DNA from: Balanoglossus misakiensis
Taxonomy: Eukaryota; Animalia; Hemichordata
NCBI GenBank assembly: GCA_040954595.2
Contig: CM082594.2
Span: 2,250,247-2,314,246 of the forward strand
DNA length: 64,000 bases
Direction of reading: 5' to 3'
The notes beneath the pieces are model-generated. The model did no database searches and had not been told where the DNA came from. It saw nothing but the letters and a program-made list of their open reading frames with translations. Below, piece by piece: positions 11,901-23,900 of this stretch. The position numbers were made by a program, and so were the translations under genes. Position 1 is the first letter of the stretch. Each line of letters starts with the position of its first letter.

Positions 11901-14900
11901 ATAAAAATTCCCAAATCTGGCTTAAAACTGAGATTTTGTTCTCAAATCAACTCCCAGGAACTTGCTTATCAAACGTGTGATCAGCAGTTTCTGACAAAAA
12001 TAGTTACAGAACCTTGTGTTGCTGACATTGACAACAGAGCTAACAAAATCATAAATACCCACCGACAAGATGAAGTCTTCTTGGTTCTTCAATGACCAAT
12101 CATGCACAGTTTTCTCTAAATAATTCCAAGAATGTCTTTCACTTCTTCTGTCATTGAAAGACCCCAAATGCCTGGCTTTGCTACCACAAATCATTTGATA
12201 GTTCAGATAGTATTCTTGCTGCAAAATAAAAGAACAAGAATTGTCAGGGACATACAGTGTGCACCATTAAAAGCTAATAGGAGCCTTTTATGCACTACAA
12301 TGTACAAACGATCGCCATACGGTGGCCGAGCATTCTCTCATGCTGCACCGAAACTGTGGAACTCTCTGCCACAAGACATATGCCAAGCTCCAAGTTTGAG
12401 CATCTTTAAGAAGAGACTGAAGACGCATTATTTCGCAAGAGCATATAGTGTGGGCCAATGAGCACAAGCGCCTGAGTATGACACTTGTTATAGATACTGG
12501 CGCTTTACAAATTTCTCACATTGATTGATTGATTGAAAAACACACTTAGAAATAAGGCTTGGTATGATATGACACAGTTTACAACAGAAAAGCATGCTAT
12601 GTAAGAGAAACCCTATAAAGAAATACCCAATGTTGATATTGCCACTTCTCTTGGCAGAATTTTATGTGGTATATGTACAACTGATCACAGGCACTCTATC
12701 ACTCATTGGGTGGCAGTGTGTTGATTTATGTAATTAATTGTATACATTACATGTATTGAATACATTTACATTCTTCACAGTTTTCATATGAATGATTGTC
12801 AATAATCAAGTGGTCCCCTTTTCCTGTCTATTTTCTTTTCTTTCAAGCTAGGGGCCTATACATTATCCACACCACATCTTCTGAGGCCGAGACTTAACTT
12901 TCTTGGTTGTAACTCCCAAAAAAATAAGTTTTTATGAACGATGATTGTTGGTGATAGGATTTTGCCTAAGTTGGAGAATTCACCTAAAAAAATCAATACA
13001 ATATTTCTTACAAATACAAACTTCTGTCTATGTTTCACTTGTACTGACAGATAATTACCTTGGTAAAGCAATGAGAAGTCATCTTTTTTCGTATATTAAA
13101 GGGACAAAGTCTCTCTCTCACTGCCCTTTTCCCATTAATTGTGTTCGATACAAGACACTGTTTATGTTATTTTACATGTGGATATATAGTGAATCAATGT
13201 TCGCCCACACACACCTTCCATCCTACTTGTAGACACAAGAGTGAAAAACTCGCCAAAATGAATAATGGGTCTTTACCATTTATTCATTTGGCGAGATTTT
13301 TAGGGGACCAAGTGCCCTCAGGCGCTTGGTCCCCTTCTGTTATTGCTGGAGTTTTTCTTCTTTCTTCTTGAGTCGTTTTTTTGCTCCCGTTTTTCTCAAA
13401 ATCGACGTGGCCTAGGACCTTGAAATTTGGCACGGTGATTGGGGTCCATGAGTACTGGTGCACCTGCCCTTTGAATTTGTAATTAGTCACGTGACCTGGT
13501 GGCTATAATCGAGCGAAATTTTCAAATTGACCTTATTTGCACGTTAATGGGGGCATGTACATTCTTTTCGCGATTTTTGTAGACCATGTGGCCAAAATCC
13601 CCTGTGCCAAATTTCAAGGTCCTAGGCCACGTCGATTTTGAGAAGAAGATTTTTGTAATATTTTTCACATTTTTTGGTGGGCTGAGGACGGACACTGGGG
13701 CATCGGACTTTGACCGTCATTACGTAATGTTGTGGAGATCTCATTAGCAGGCTACTCACTTCTGGCGGGTTGCAGTAGTCCTTGGAAAATCGGCTGAAAT
13801 ACGTAAACTGACCAGTGATTATTTTCCACGGAATGAATTTTGGGACAACACATTATCGGAGTTCAGGCTGTGTTAGGGCGTTTTATTGAATTACGCTGAG
13901 TTTGTTAGCTAATGCCGTTCAAATGTTTCTATCCAGACCCGGCTACACAGGTTAACATTCAATGTAATGCGGCAGCGGACTTTGACCCTCAGTCGCTAAT
14001 GTGGCCGAAATACGTCAGCAGACCAGTGATTTTCTTGCACGTAAGGAGTATGGTACCAGCAATAATCAGAGATAAGGCTTCGTTGCCGTTCAAAAGTTCC
14101 TACTTCAGTCGTGACGTTGCAACTGGACGTTCAGTATGGGGGTCGGCCCACAGGTGGCCGTGGGGGTTATCAGGTCGCCCGTAATGGCACGCAGCTTCAT
14201 GCAGCTGTATGGGACCAAAATACTAGTAATACGCCCGATTCGGGGGTCACCTGTGACACCTGTGTAACTCAATTATGTGCGTAATTGTGGGGTCAATGAA
14301 AGGGATGCTAGCGTGGTATTTGTTGCACATGGATCAATTTGAAGTCCGATTTTCCTGTCAAGTTATGGGCGACCTTATGTGACATTTCACCTACTTTTGC
14401 TTAGTGAGCATCCACAGCAGATGCATGCAGCTTTGGCGTTGGGGGTGCGGGGGGCATATACGGATGGGACCATAATGATATACCAAAGGCGGGGTCACCT
14501 GTTGCACCTGCCTAAGTCATTGATTTTGTACATTTAATTGGACACTAACCAACAGGGCAATATGTGTGGTTTTTGTTCCACAGGGACGAATGTAAGTGTC
14601 AGTTTGTTTTTGCCCAAATGTATAAGTTGATTTGGATGACCTTTGTCGTACAGTGCCATATCTCAGCCCGTTGTACAAGTGCAGCTTTGGTATTCGGAGG
14701 GATGAAACTATCATGAAATGTCAAATACAGGGGGATACCTGCGACACCTGCTTGATTCATGTATTACGTGCATACCTAATGGTAGGCAAAGTGAAAGGGC
14801 TGCAAATGTAGGATTTGTTGCACATGACATAAACAGGAATGAAAATTTTTTGTCAAATTTTTGGGTGACCTCAGGTGTCCATTGACCTGCTTTCCATATG

Positions 14901-17900
14901 TTAGCATGCACATCATATATAGCCATGTGTTTGGAGGGGTAGGGTAGGACCCTCTGCGTCATGAAATGCTAAATTCCTGGGGCCACCTGTAACTTACTCG
15001 AGTAACTCATTATTATGGCCATATCTAATTTGACAAACCCAAACAGCGGGGATTTTTCGTTGTCTTGAATATGAACCAAATAAGCTGACCTTTGAAGTAT
15101 ACTTACTGAAGTACTTACAACGTAGAAGTTCACCTTTGGTTGTTGTGTTTGTACTTGTTGTAGGACATGCATTTCGGGTGGTTGCCTACTTCCCCATATC
15201 TCAACATCGAGAGCAAATACATACGGCCTACGCATTTGAATGGTACAACCCTGAATGGAGTCTAATGGTTATTAACTCTATGCTTGGGCCCCTTCAATGC
15301 TGCTTGCAGCTTTAATGTAATTTGGAGTGCAAAATCTGGAAGTGTACCATTTTCTTCTCGCGCCATTGAGGCCCATTCCAAACACACCCCAAACGGCTTA
15401 TTCACATGCACACCCACATTGCACCCTGGTTGTGCTCTGTATGGGATAGTGTCAAATAAAAAGTCAACTGGGTTGGATTTGAAAACTCTTCCTGATTGAG
15501 ATATTTTCCTTTCTTCTTCTTTGGGAGTTCTCTCATCGCCAAGGCTGTGAAGATGCTTGATCGAAAATAAAAAACACGTTAATATCATATCTCTATATTT
15601 ACCTTTCCAATAGAATGTTTAGCTTCGTATGTTCCAGAGTCTTACTCGGCATTTTTAAATGAAATTCATAGAAATACAGAGGAAAGGGCCTGCCTGATTA
15701 TTTGGGCTATACTTAGTACGTATATTGTCGTCATGTTTTTATCAACAGTATGAGTTCGCATTTCTACTTCTAGTAACGAAAAATTTCTAATACCCTCAAA
15801 TTAGATCCAATATTGTCATACTATTTCTATGAAATAAATTTTTATCTGGTTCTTTATGTGCTGCCAATTGTTAATTTCACAAGAAAGAAAGAGCGGGAAC
15901 TAGTGTAGATTACTGACATGTCCTCACTTGCATTACAGAAAACCTCATCCCTCATCTATATTTGGGACAAGGGGACAAGGCCAGACAATGCACAGACACA
16001 CCTAATTTCAAGGTTTTAGCTCTATTTAACTGGGTAACAGGAACAACATTATACTGCTTCCATATGAGGTCAACCATTGATCTGCCATCTTTGAACATCT
16101 TGCTATCGTCATTGCATTTGCTTATAATAATCTTCCTTCGCTCTATATGTAAGTTTTGACAGGTTATACGTGGGATTTGTTGTAAATATTAAGAGAAAAA
16201 CTGACCAAGTGAAAAATTGAACTTGCTTGACAATAGTCTATTCAACAAATGCTCCGAAAATAATTAAATTTTGAAAGGGAATATTTTCTTCATTCTCATA
16301 ATAATGAGATGTAATACCACAGTTTTGAGGTCACGAACCACAGAATAATCTGCAGTACATGCTAGTATGCAAAAATCAACAGCATATGATTTAGCAATTC
16401 TACTTCTGCAAACGAACGATTTGTAATAGCCTTAAATTTAAGTCAATATTGTTATAGTTTGCACAGTAATACATTTAATTCCGGTTCTTTGTGTGCTGCC
16501 AATTGTTAATTTCACAAGCAAGAAAGAGCGGGAACTAGTGCAGATTATTGACATGTTCTCACTTGTATTATAAATACCTCCTGGTTAGTAACCCTGACTA
16601 ACAAGTTTTCAAGATGGCGGATGTGCCTTTCTGCAAAATCACCGTAAATTCATGCTTTGTTGGAATTCAGTTTTGGAATAGCCCAAGCCCGCTTATGATG
16701 ATGGGCTTTTTTGCTTAATTGCCACATGAAGAAGTCTCCAACGTTTTGATTTCAACTGCTACCATTTAAATTACCTGATTCAATTGGTGTGCCTTACATT
16801 ATTACGGGAGTGAAGTGTGGGAATGTAAGCACTCGTAACAGATTGAACAAAAAGTACATAGGCTACCCTAAAGCGGGTTATTATCAAATTATGAAAGTTT
16901 GAAAATACCCGTATGTCAATGCAATGCTAAAGAAACGCGGATCTGTAATTGTAGTTTGGCTGGAGGAGCAACTGGCTAATCCAAAGCCGTTTTTAAGTTT
17001 ATTTTCTCAACGAGGTGCATATAAAGCAGAGTTGTTGGACGGAAAATCTCACTACAGTTGGTGCTCCTGACTGCGAACGAACAGCCAAACGATCAGCAAG
17101 AAGTATGGGTATCGTGATGAAGGCTTCGGTCCTCCTTGCAGTGGCACTTTGTCAGGTAAGTGTAAAATTTGCATGCAGCGCTGGCAACAACTATTTTTTA
17201 ATGTCTCGGTTGCTTTTGAGAGCGTTTGAGTGCGTTAACCGAAGTTCATAATTACGGGTGGTAAACGATTGTCACTGCATGTCCGTTGGCCAATTCACAT
17301 TTTGAAGAAAGTTTCGAATACCGAAACGACAAATATGTAAGGCTGACTTTAATCGTGCAATTATCGTATTTCGGTCGAGCGCCCACCCCGAACTGTCATT
17401 GAAAGTTTCAACTTGAGGTGTAATATCTTCAATTTGAATGCACAAATTTCAAACAGAATTCACGCAGCGTTTTTTCAAACTTGGGGATGAAATCGTTCCC
17501 CCCCCCCCCCCCCCGAAGGTCTGTGAAAACGCAAGTCAGGCGACCACTGCACTGTATCAATATTTCCATTGACTATCTCAAACAGATCTCTGACCGTGTA
17601 TTTTGAACAAATATGAGCCTAAAAAATCATCGCAGTAATTAGTAACCTTTGTCTGTTTTTTTTGCCAGTTTGCCTTTCTTCGTGGATGCGAGTATGGTTA
17701 GTACTAAAATGTTCAGTTTGACACATTTTCATATGTAAATTTAATTTTGTAATGGGCTTGCTGGACACCCATTCAAACGCTCTGGAGGGGCAAGTCCCTC
17801 TAATTCAAAGCGTACACGTATTCTGGTAGAGAGACAAACGTTAACGAGGGATATGAATGGACAATTTTCATGAGCTATATATATATAACCCATGAAAAAC

Positions 17901-20900
17901 GTCCAAAAATGACAGAATGGCCAATATTAGCAATTTCGGGAATTTGTCATTTTTGACAATTTTCAAAATAGGCCTAAATCCCATCGTGCGTTGGGCCTGT
18001 ACTCGTGTCGATATTTCAATATTGACTATTTGGATTTGGAAAGAACTTGATGCAATATGTACGTTTATCAATGCGATGGACATTGTTTTCAACACCAATA
18101 ATATATTCTTAATATATATCACAGGCGTAGGCTGTAACATGGAAGATGGTTTCGCCACACCTGGAAACGACATAAATGACGGATACCAAAACATCAAGAG
18201 CAGTCCAGAAGAATGTTGTGAAGATTGCAAACGCAACAGTCAGTGTCTTGCATGGACTTTCAGAGAAAATACTGGCGAATGCTGGTTAAAGAATCCAATA
18301 CCAGCGAAAATAGTGGATTCAGATGCCGTCATGGGCGTTGTTGATAGATCAGGTAAGGTTCAAAGATCAATCACCTGCAGCTTTGGCCATTTCTTTCATT
18401 ATTCGCGTTCTTTGTATCAACCATGTTTCTTGTTCGGCTCTCTGAATGCGCTATGAGAATCATATTTGAGGGCCATTGAGATGTTATATTCAAAGTTATA
18501 CTTACGCATATTTAACATTGAGATGTTTGTATCTTTCAGGTGTCTAACATAAACTACAGCTGAATACATCATGATTTAGACAAAGACAGTGGAGAGATAT
18601 TTTTGTCAAACGACATGTTGAAATTCATAATAGGTAGTGGTGGGTTGGCATCAAATCTTGATATTGTCCATTATGAACGTAATAAAAATAACTAGCATGG
18701 TATGAAAAGTCTCGAGTCGTTGTATTCTGTAACTCTTTTAACAATATTTCCCGAAATTGTTTATGGTAAAGATACACTGTGGTGCATCCTTTCCTGCATA
18801 TTTGTTGGATTTACGTTTTAATCACGATTAGGGAATTTTCATTTATTATGCGAGGGTGGGTCGGTTGGTCATGTCAAAGGTGACCCCCGGCACATTTCTA
18901 AAATGCGAATGGCAAATGTTGATTGAGGTAATGTACGCCATGCGCTTTCAAGATGATGAATTGGCAACTAATCAGTTCGGACATTAAATACCCATCTTCG
19001 CCTGCATGTTAACAATTGTACATGTCGATCTGCTCGCTATATACAGATGGACAGACAGACAGCTATGCAGGCAGGAGAGAATACGCTTTAGAAAATTCAC
19101 ATTGTGAGCTTACATCAACTCGCCGACCCAACTGTGTGCGAATAGTAGTTGGAAACAATTGGACAATACCGTGATATTTAGAATGTTTCATGAACGACTG
19201 ATTCTTTTAGAGTCTTATCTAGGCCTATATGTGTAACATCTGTTCTGTTCGATTCTCTACCATGACATTATTATAGTTGAAAACACCAACCAAATGTTCT
19301 CTTATGAGCTATTCATATTTGCTTCGAGTATTGTGCTACCTGTATGCTTGAATTATCTGTGCGTCTGCTCTCCCCTGTTAACATTCAGTTTAAAACCATT
19401 TATCGTTGCAAATGAAGTCGCACGCAAAATGTTAATAGGTAAATTCAAGTATTCGACTTATCCCAAACATTTTCCAGTGCTAGGTGTTCATAATATACGA
19501 CGTCATACAAAGGATCTTCAAGGTCGCAGGTATTATTGAATGACCAACACAAATGAGAAAACATTAGTTACCAGGCTATTAAATGAAAATATACCTTTCT
19601 ATGCAGTATATGAAATTGCCTGTACGTGTCTCATCATGCACTTGTTGTAATTGTAGGGGCACGTTTTAGCTACAGTGAATCTTTAGTTTAAATTGTGTTT
19701 ATTTTTTTACCTCTGACGGCATTGTTGAAATGTCGTAGGCCTACTGCTGGTTAAATTACATACCTCTACCTGGTTTAGTGAAGGTATGGGATGCTCATTA
19801 ATTGGTTTTTGCCAACGATACCCTATATAGCAATGCAAGCATTGTGAAATGTCCCGCATTCTGAGTAATATATGAACACGCCTGCTGTGTACATATTTGG
19901 TCAATAGGTATTCCCATAGTGAAACCAGATTTCGTTCGGCAATTCTTGCGATATTGTCCATGGAACCAATATGGTTCAAAACTTTTCGCCCAAATTTTGG
20001 GTGATCTCAGGTGACCATTGACCTACTTTCGCATATCTCAGCATCCAGAGCAGAAACAGCCTTGGCATTTGGCAGGATGAGACCAAAATGAAAAGCCAAA
20101 TTTTGTGACACCTGCTGACCTCATTAAATATACGCATACATAATTACAGGCGATCCAATAGAACTACATGTTTGTTTTTGTTGGACATGGACCGGTAAGG
20201 GGTCAATTATTTCCCCAAATGTTGGGTGACCTCGGGTGACCTTTGACCTACTTTCACAAATCACAGCATCCACAGCATTGATATTTGATGCAATGGATTT
20301 GTCATGATTATCTCTATTTGCTTGGGCCCCTTCAATGCTGCTTGCAGCTTTAATTACTCTTATATTCTACAAACGGAATGGAAGTTGTGTGTGGTCAAAC
20401 GTTGATTCACTATATATTCACATGTAGAGTTGTATGAAATATAGTTAATGGAAAAGGGGCAGCGAGAGAGAGACTTTGTCCCTTTAATAATAATCCTCAC
20501 TCATTTACTAACCTTGTACAAATCTGGGCATATTTGGTGTTCTCTATGAATGAACTTAATACCAAAGCTCTCTATGTACATTTGCAGACAGCAGTCTCGG
20601 ACTTGTTCAATATGCCTCTTTTCTTGCAGACTCATTGACTTGTGAAGTGTTACGTTACTTTCTATGGTTTCACTCTGATACTGTTTGAATTGTTTGGCAC
20701 ACTGGATAAGCTGTTGGCTGAATGATGATGGGATGTCTTCTGGCACAAACAAAGACATCGACTTTGCTGGCCCTGCAGAGAAAAAAATACATGTAGTAAA
20801 CAATAAAAATAGCGCCAAAGGCACTGTGCTCCCATGTCGATGTGGGGGAAGATGCCGGTGTGAATGGGTAGACTGGTAGTGCTTGTAATGAGTGAGTATG

Positions 20901-23900
20901 ATGGGGTGTGGAGGGATGACACAATGAGGGAATACTTCCTATCAGCCATATAAAGGCATGGGAGCATATCAAAATGACTTGATGGTATCAAGAAACTAGA
21001 ACTGATATGTTTTGGGGAAGTCAGTAATGTTTATCGAGGAAAGGCAAACAAGTTATTTGCAAACGAATTTAGGCCCACACTTGTATGAAGCAGTTTTACA
21101 ATGCACTGTATTGCATATTTTGTTTTTGCGCAATCTAAATGTCATCTGGTCAATACTGCTTCACACGTGTACTGCATTGGTTCAGCCACACTTGGCGCTT
21201 TTTCCCAATATGCATGCTTTTCTGGCCCCACAAAATTCTTTGATTTTAGCAAAAACATGCACTAGTGGTTGGTAAAAATGATTCTCATGCCAAACTAGGC
21301 CTGCACAAACATTGTAGGTAGTAATCATCCAAACGGTGGTGGAAAACGGCTGTTTGCAGGATTATTATAACCAAAGTGTGAACGTCTTGGTCAACACAGA
21401 AATTGTATAGAAAGATGTTGGTTGTTTATTGGAGTGCAAATATCAGCCACACTTTGTCATTGTTATGTTAATCACTGTCTAGTGACAGAGTTTGTGCAGA
21501 GGGTTTTCCTAATACTGTTGATTGATCAAATTCCCAGAAGACATGCATCCAAAAATCACACTTGGTCGAAACCCCCCTCCCCCTTAATGCAGACGTCATG
21601 TCATTGTTATGACACACTGGAGTCATTCATTGCCTTGATGTGTCAAAAAATATTTGCTCAAAATTGGTAGTTTTTCAGACCAAATTCTTCTAACAACTGT
21701 CACATCGGGTCAACAACAATCGTCACTGCGTAATACATTATGTCCATTTTGAGGCCAATCCACCACTGTTAAAGGCACGTAAGCTGTAACTTTTGGGATA
21801 ATTTTCATAATTTTTGTTTCAAACTGCACTACCACTAGTCCATGCAGATGAAGGCAGTGAACTATACACAAGCATTATAAACCCTAAATATGAGTGCATA
21901 TGCAAGTTTTAACCAGATAAATGATAAAGCTTTGCCGCAAGCGATTATTGCCGCCACCGTGGGAAAATGCAAGAAACAATGAAAATGTTGCATTTCCGGT
22001 TATGAAACTTCATAAACAAAACATGATCTCATCCACTTGAGCTCATGGAAGTAAATGTACACCACTGAGACATCAGATTTTCATTTTTCACTGCAATATT
22101 GCACTTTTTTTTTTAAATTGCAGGAATTTTCGTTTTTCTTTAATTTTTGGCCATTTTGTCATAAATAAGTGTTGAGCTTGATATATTATCACGAAATAGC
22201 ATTTAATAGACATAATAAAAAGCATATATGAGATTATTTAAAACTTTAATTTTTTATCCAGTTGCAGCTTACGTGCCTTTAAATGCTCTAGGGTTTGACT
22301 ATTCACACTCTTTCACACCAGCTGCTTCAAATTCACACGAACTCTCACAAACATTAACACCATGCGACATGTATTGTTTCTCTGAAGGTGCAAGACTGGG
22401 ATGGAATTACGGAAAATGGAACTGTCAAATTTGATGATTGAAAGGTTGGAAATGGACATTGCCAATAAAGGCTTTTCACCTGCAGAATTGTAACAGGAAA
22501 TCTTGCGACATTTTTTTGCGAAATGAAAGAAAACTGATTTTGCAAAGGTTCACCCACATACAAATTACATTGATTTCTGTGTAAATAATGATATCACCTG
22601 TTTGTTGGGCTGTATTGCTGCAAGTGTGTTTGTGATGCAGCCCACAACCACACAAGTAGCAAATACTGGCTTCATTCACAATTTGTGCTGTCAATGTGAA
22701 GCTTCACTGAAGTATAGTGTAGAGATTATGCAAAATAATTAGGATGTGTCTGAAGATAGAAAATAACTGTAGGCACAACGACATAAACAAGAGTATCAGT
22801 AAGTCAGAGATGTTTTAAAACAGTTTTTGTGAGAAGTCAACCACACTGCATCATGAATTACAAGTAAACATTTCAATTGAATATGGAACAGTGCATTGTC
22901 TGGTTTAAGGCAAAAATCACGCCATGATCAAGCTTGAAAATTAATCAGTTTGAAAAAAACTAGCACTTTTGCATATAAAACCAGAGGCCTTCAATTTCAA
23001 CGTTCACAAGTCTCATATCTGTTTATTTAAAAATATCTGTAAATTGTCTGCTGTTGAGGAATACTCATAAATAATTGAAAGACGATGGGTAAATTGTAGA
23101 GGGGTTGGTGGCTGTCACAGTCACCGTTTCAAATTCATGCAGGGTGATCCTGCGCTTCAGTCGTACTTGAACATACAGTGTAGATGTTGAAGGGGCCACC
23201 ATAAATCACAACCACCCGTTTTTGCTGGTTTAATCTACCAGGTATTCAAACTTATAAAATCTGACTTCACAGGCGAAACTGCTTCATTTTCAACTTGTTT
23301 GATGGTGATTTAAGTGAGGACATTTAATTGACATGTGCTCTTGGTGTCTGAGAACGGCGGTTGTGCAGTTGTTCAATGAACGGTCCTATGGAACACGACC
23401 TCGATCAGATCAGATTGCCATTAACATAGCATTTTTAATTTTGAAAGAACCATATCTACATGACATTAACCATAATGCTACCAAGTCAGTTGAAACTGGT
23501 TTGATTTCCAGGGTGCCTAGAATCCTGGCTCCCAGGCCTGTTAGGCTGCCAAGTGCGTTTAACTCAGTAGGGCCTACACAAGACCCTCAAACCAAACCAG
23601 TGCGATTTGGTGCATTTTACAGGGGGCTCAGACTGCCAAGTGTGTCAAGTATGTATGAGAGCCATGTCAAGACAGTCAAAATATGTTTTAGAAGAAAAAG
23701 TGGCAAATTTCTATTTTAAGGGACTTGACACTCTAAACAGGTATGACACCCAGTAGCATCAGGGTTAAATCAGACATATTAAATGTTTTATTTGATTGCA
23801 CATTTCCATACTCGTTGAAACAAATTACTATGATGTAAACAAAGAGAGCATGGAGGAATAACCTGGGTTATGTTTTTTTTGACATTCAAGACCCATTTTC

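Larger units (their letters stand above)
13096..20487. mobile_element. Kolobok-type MITE split by a ~7-kb insertion (left half 13096-13301, right half 20356-20487)
   Basis: TTAA-agggacaaagtctctctc at 13096 and gagagactttgtccct-TTAA at 20487. Joining the halves gives ggcgagattttt|actcttatattctacaaacg, matching the continuous sequence of the intact copy at 51845-52199 (reverse strand). Confidence 0.9.
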
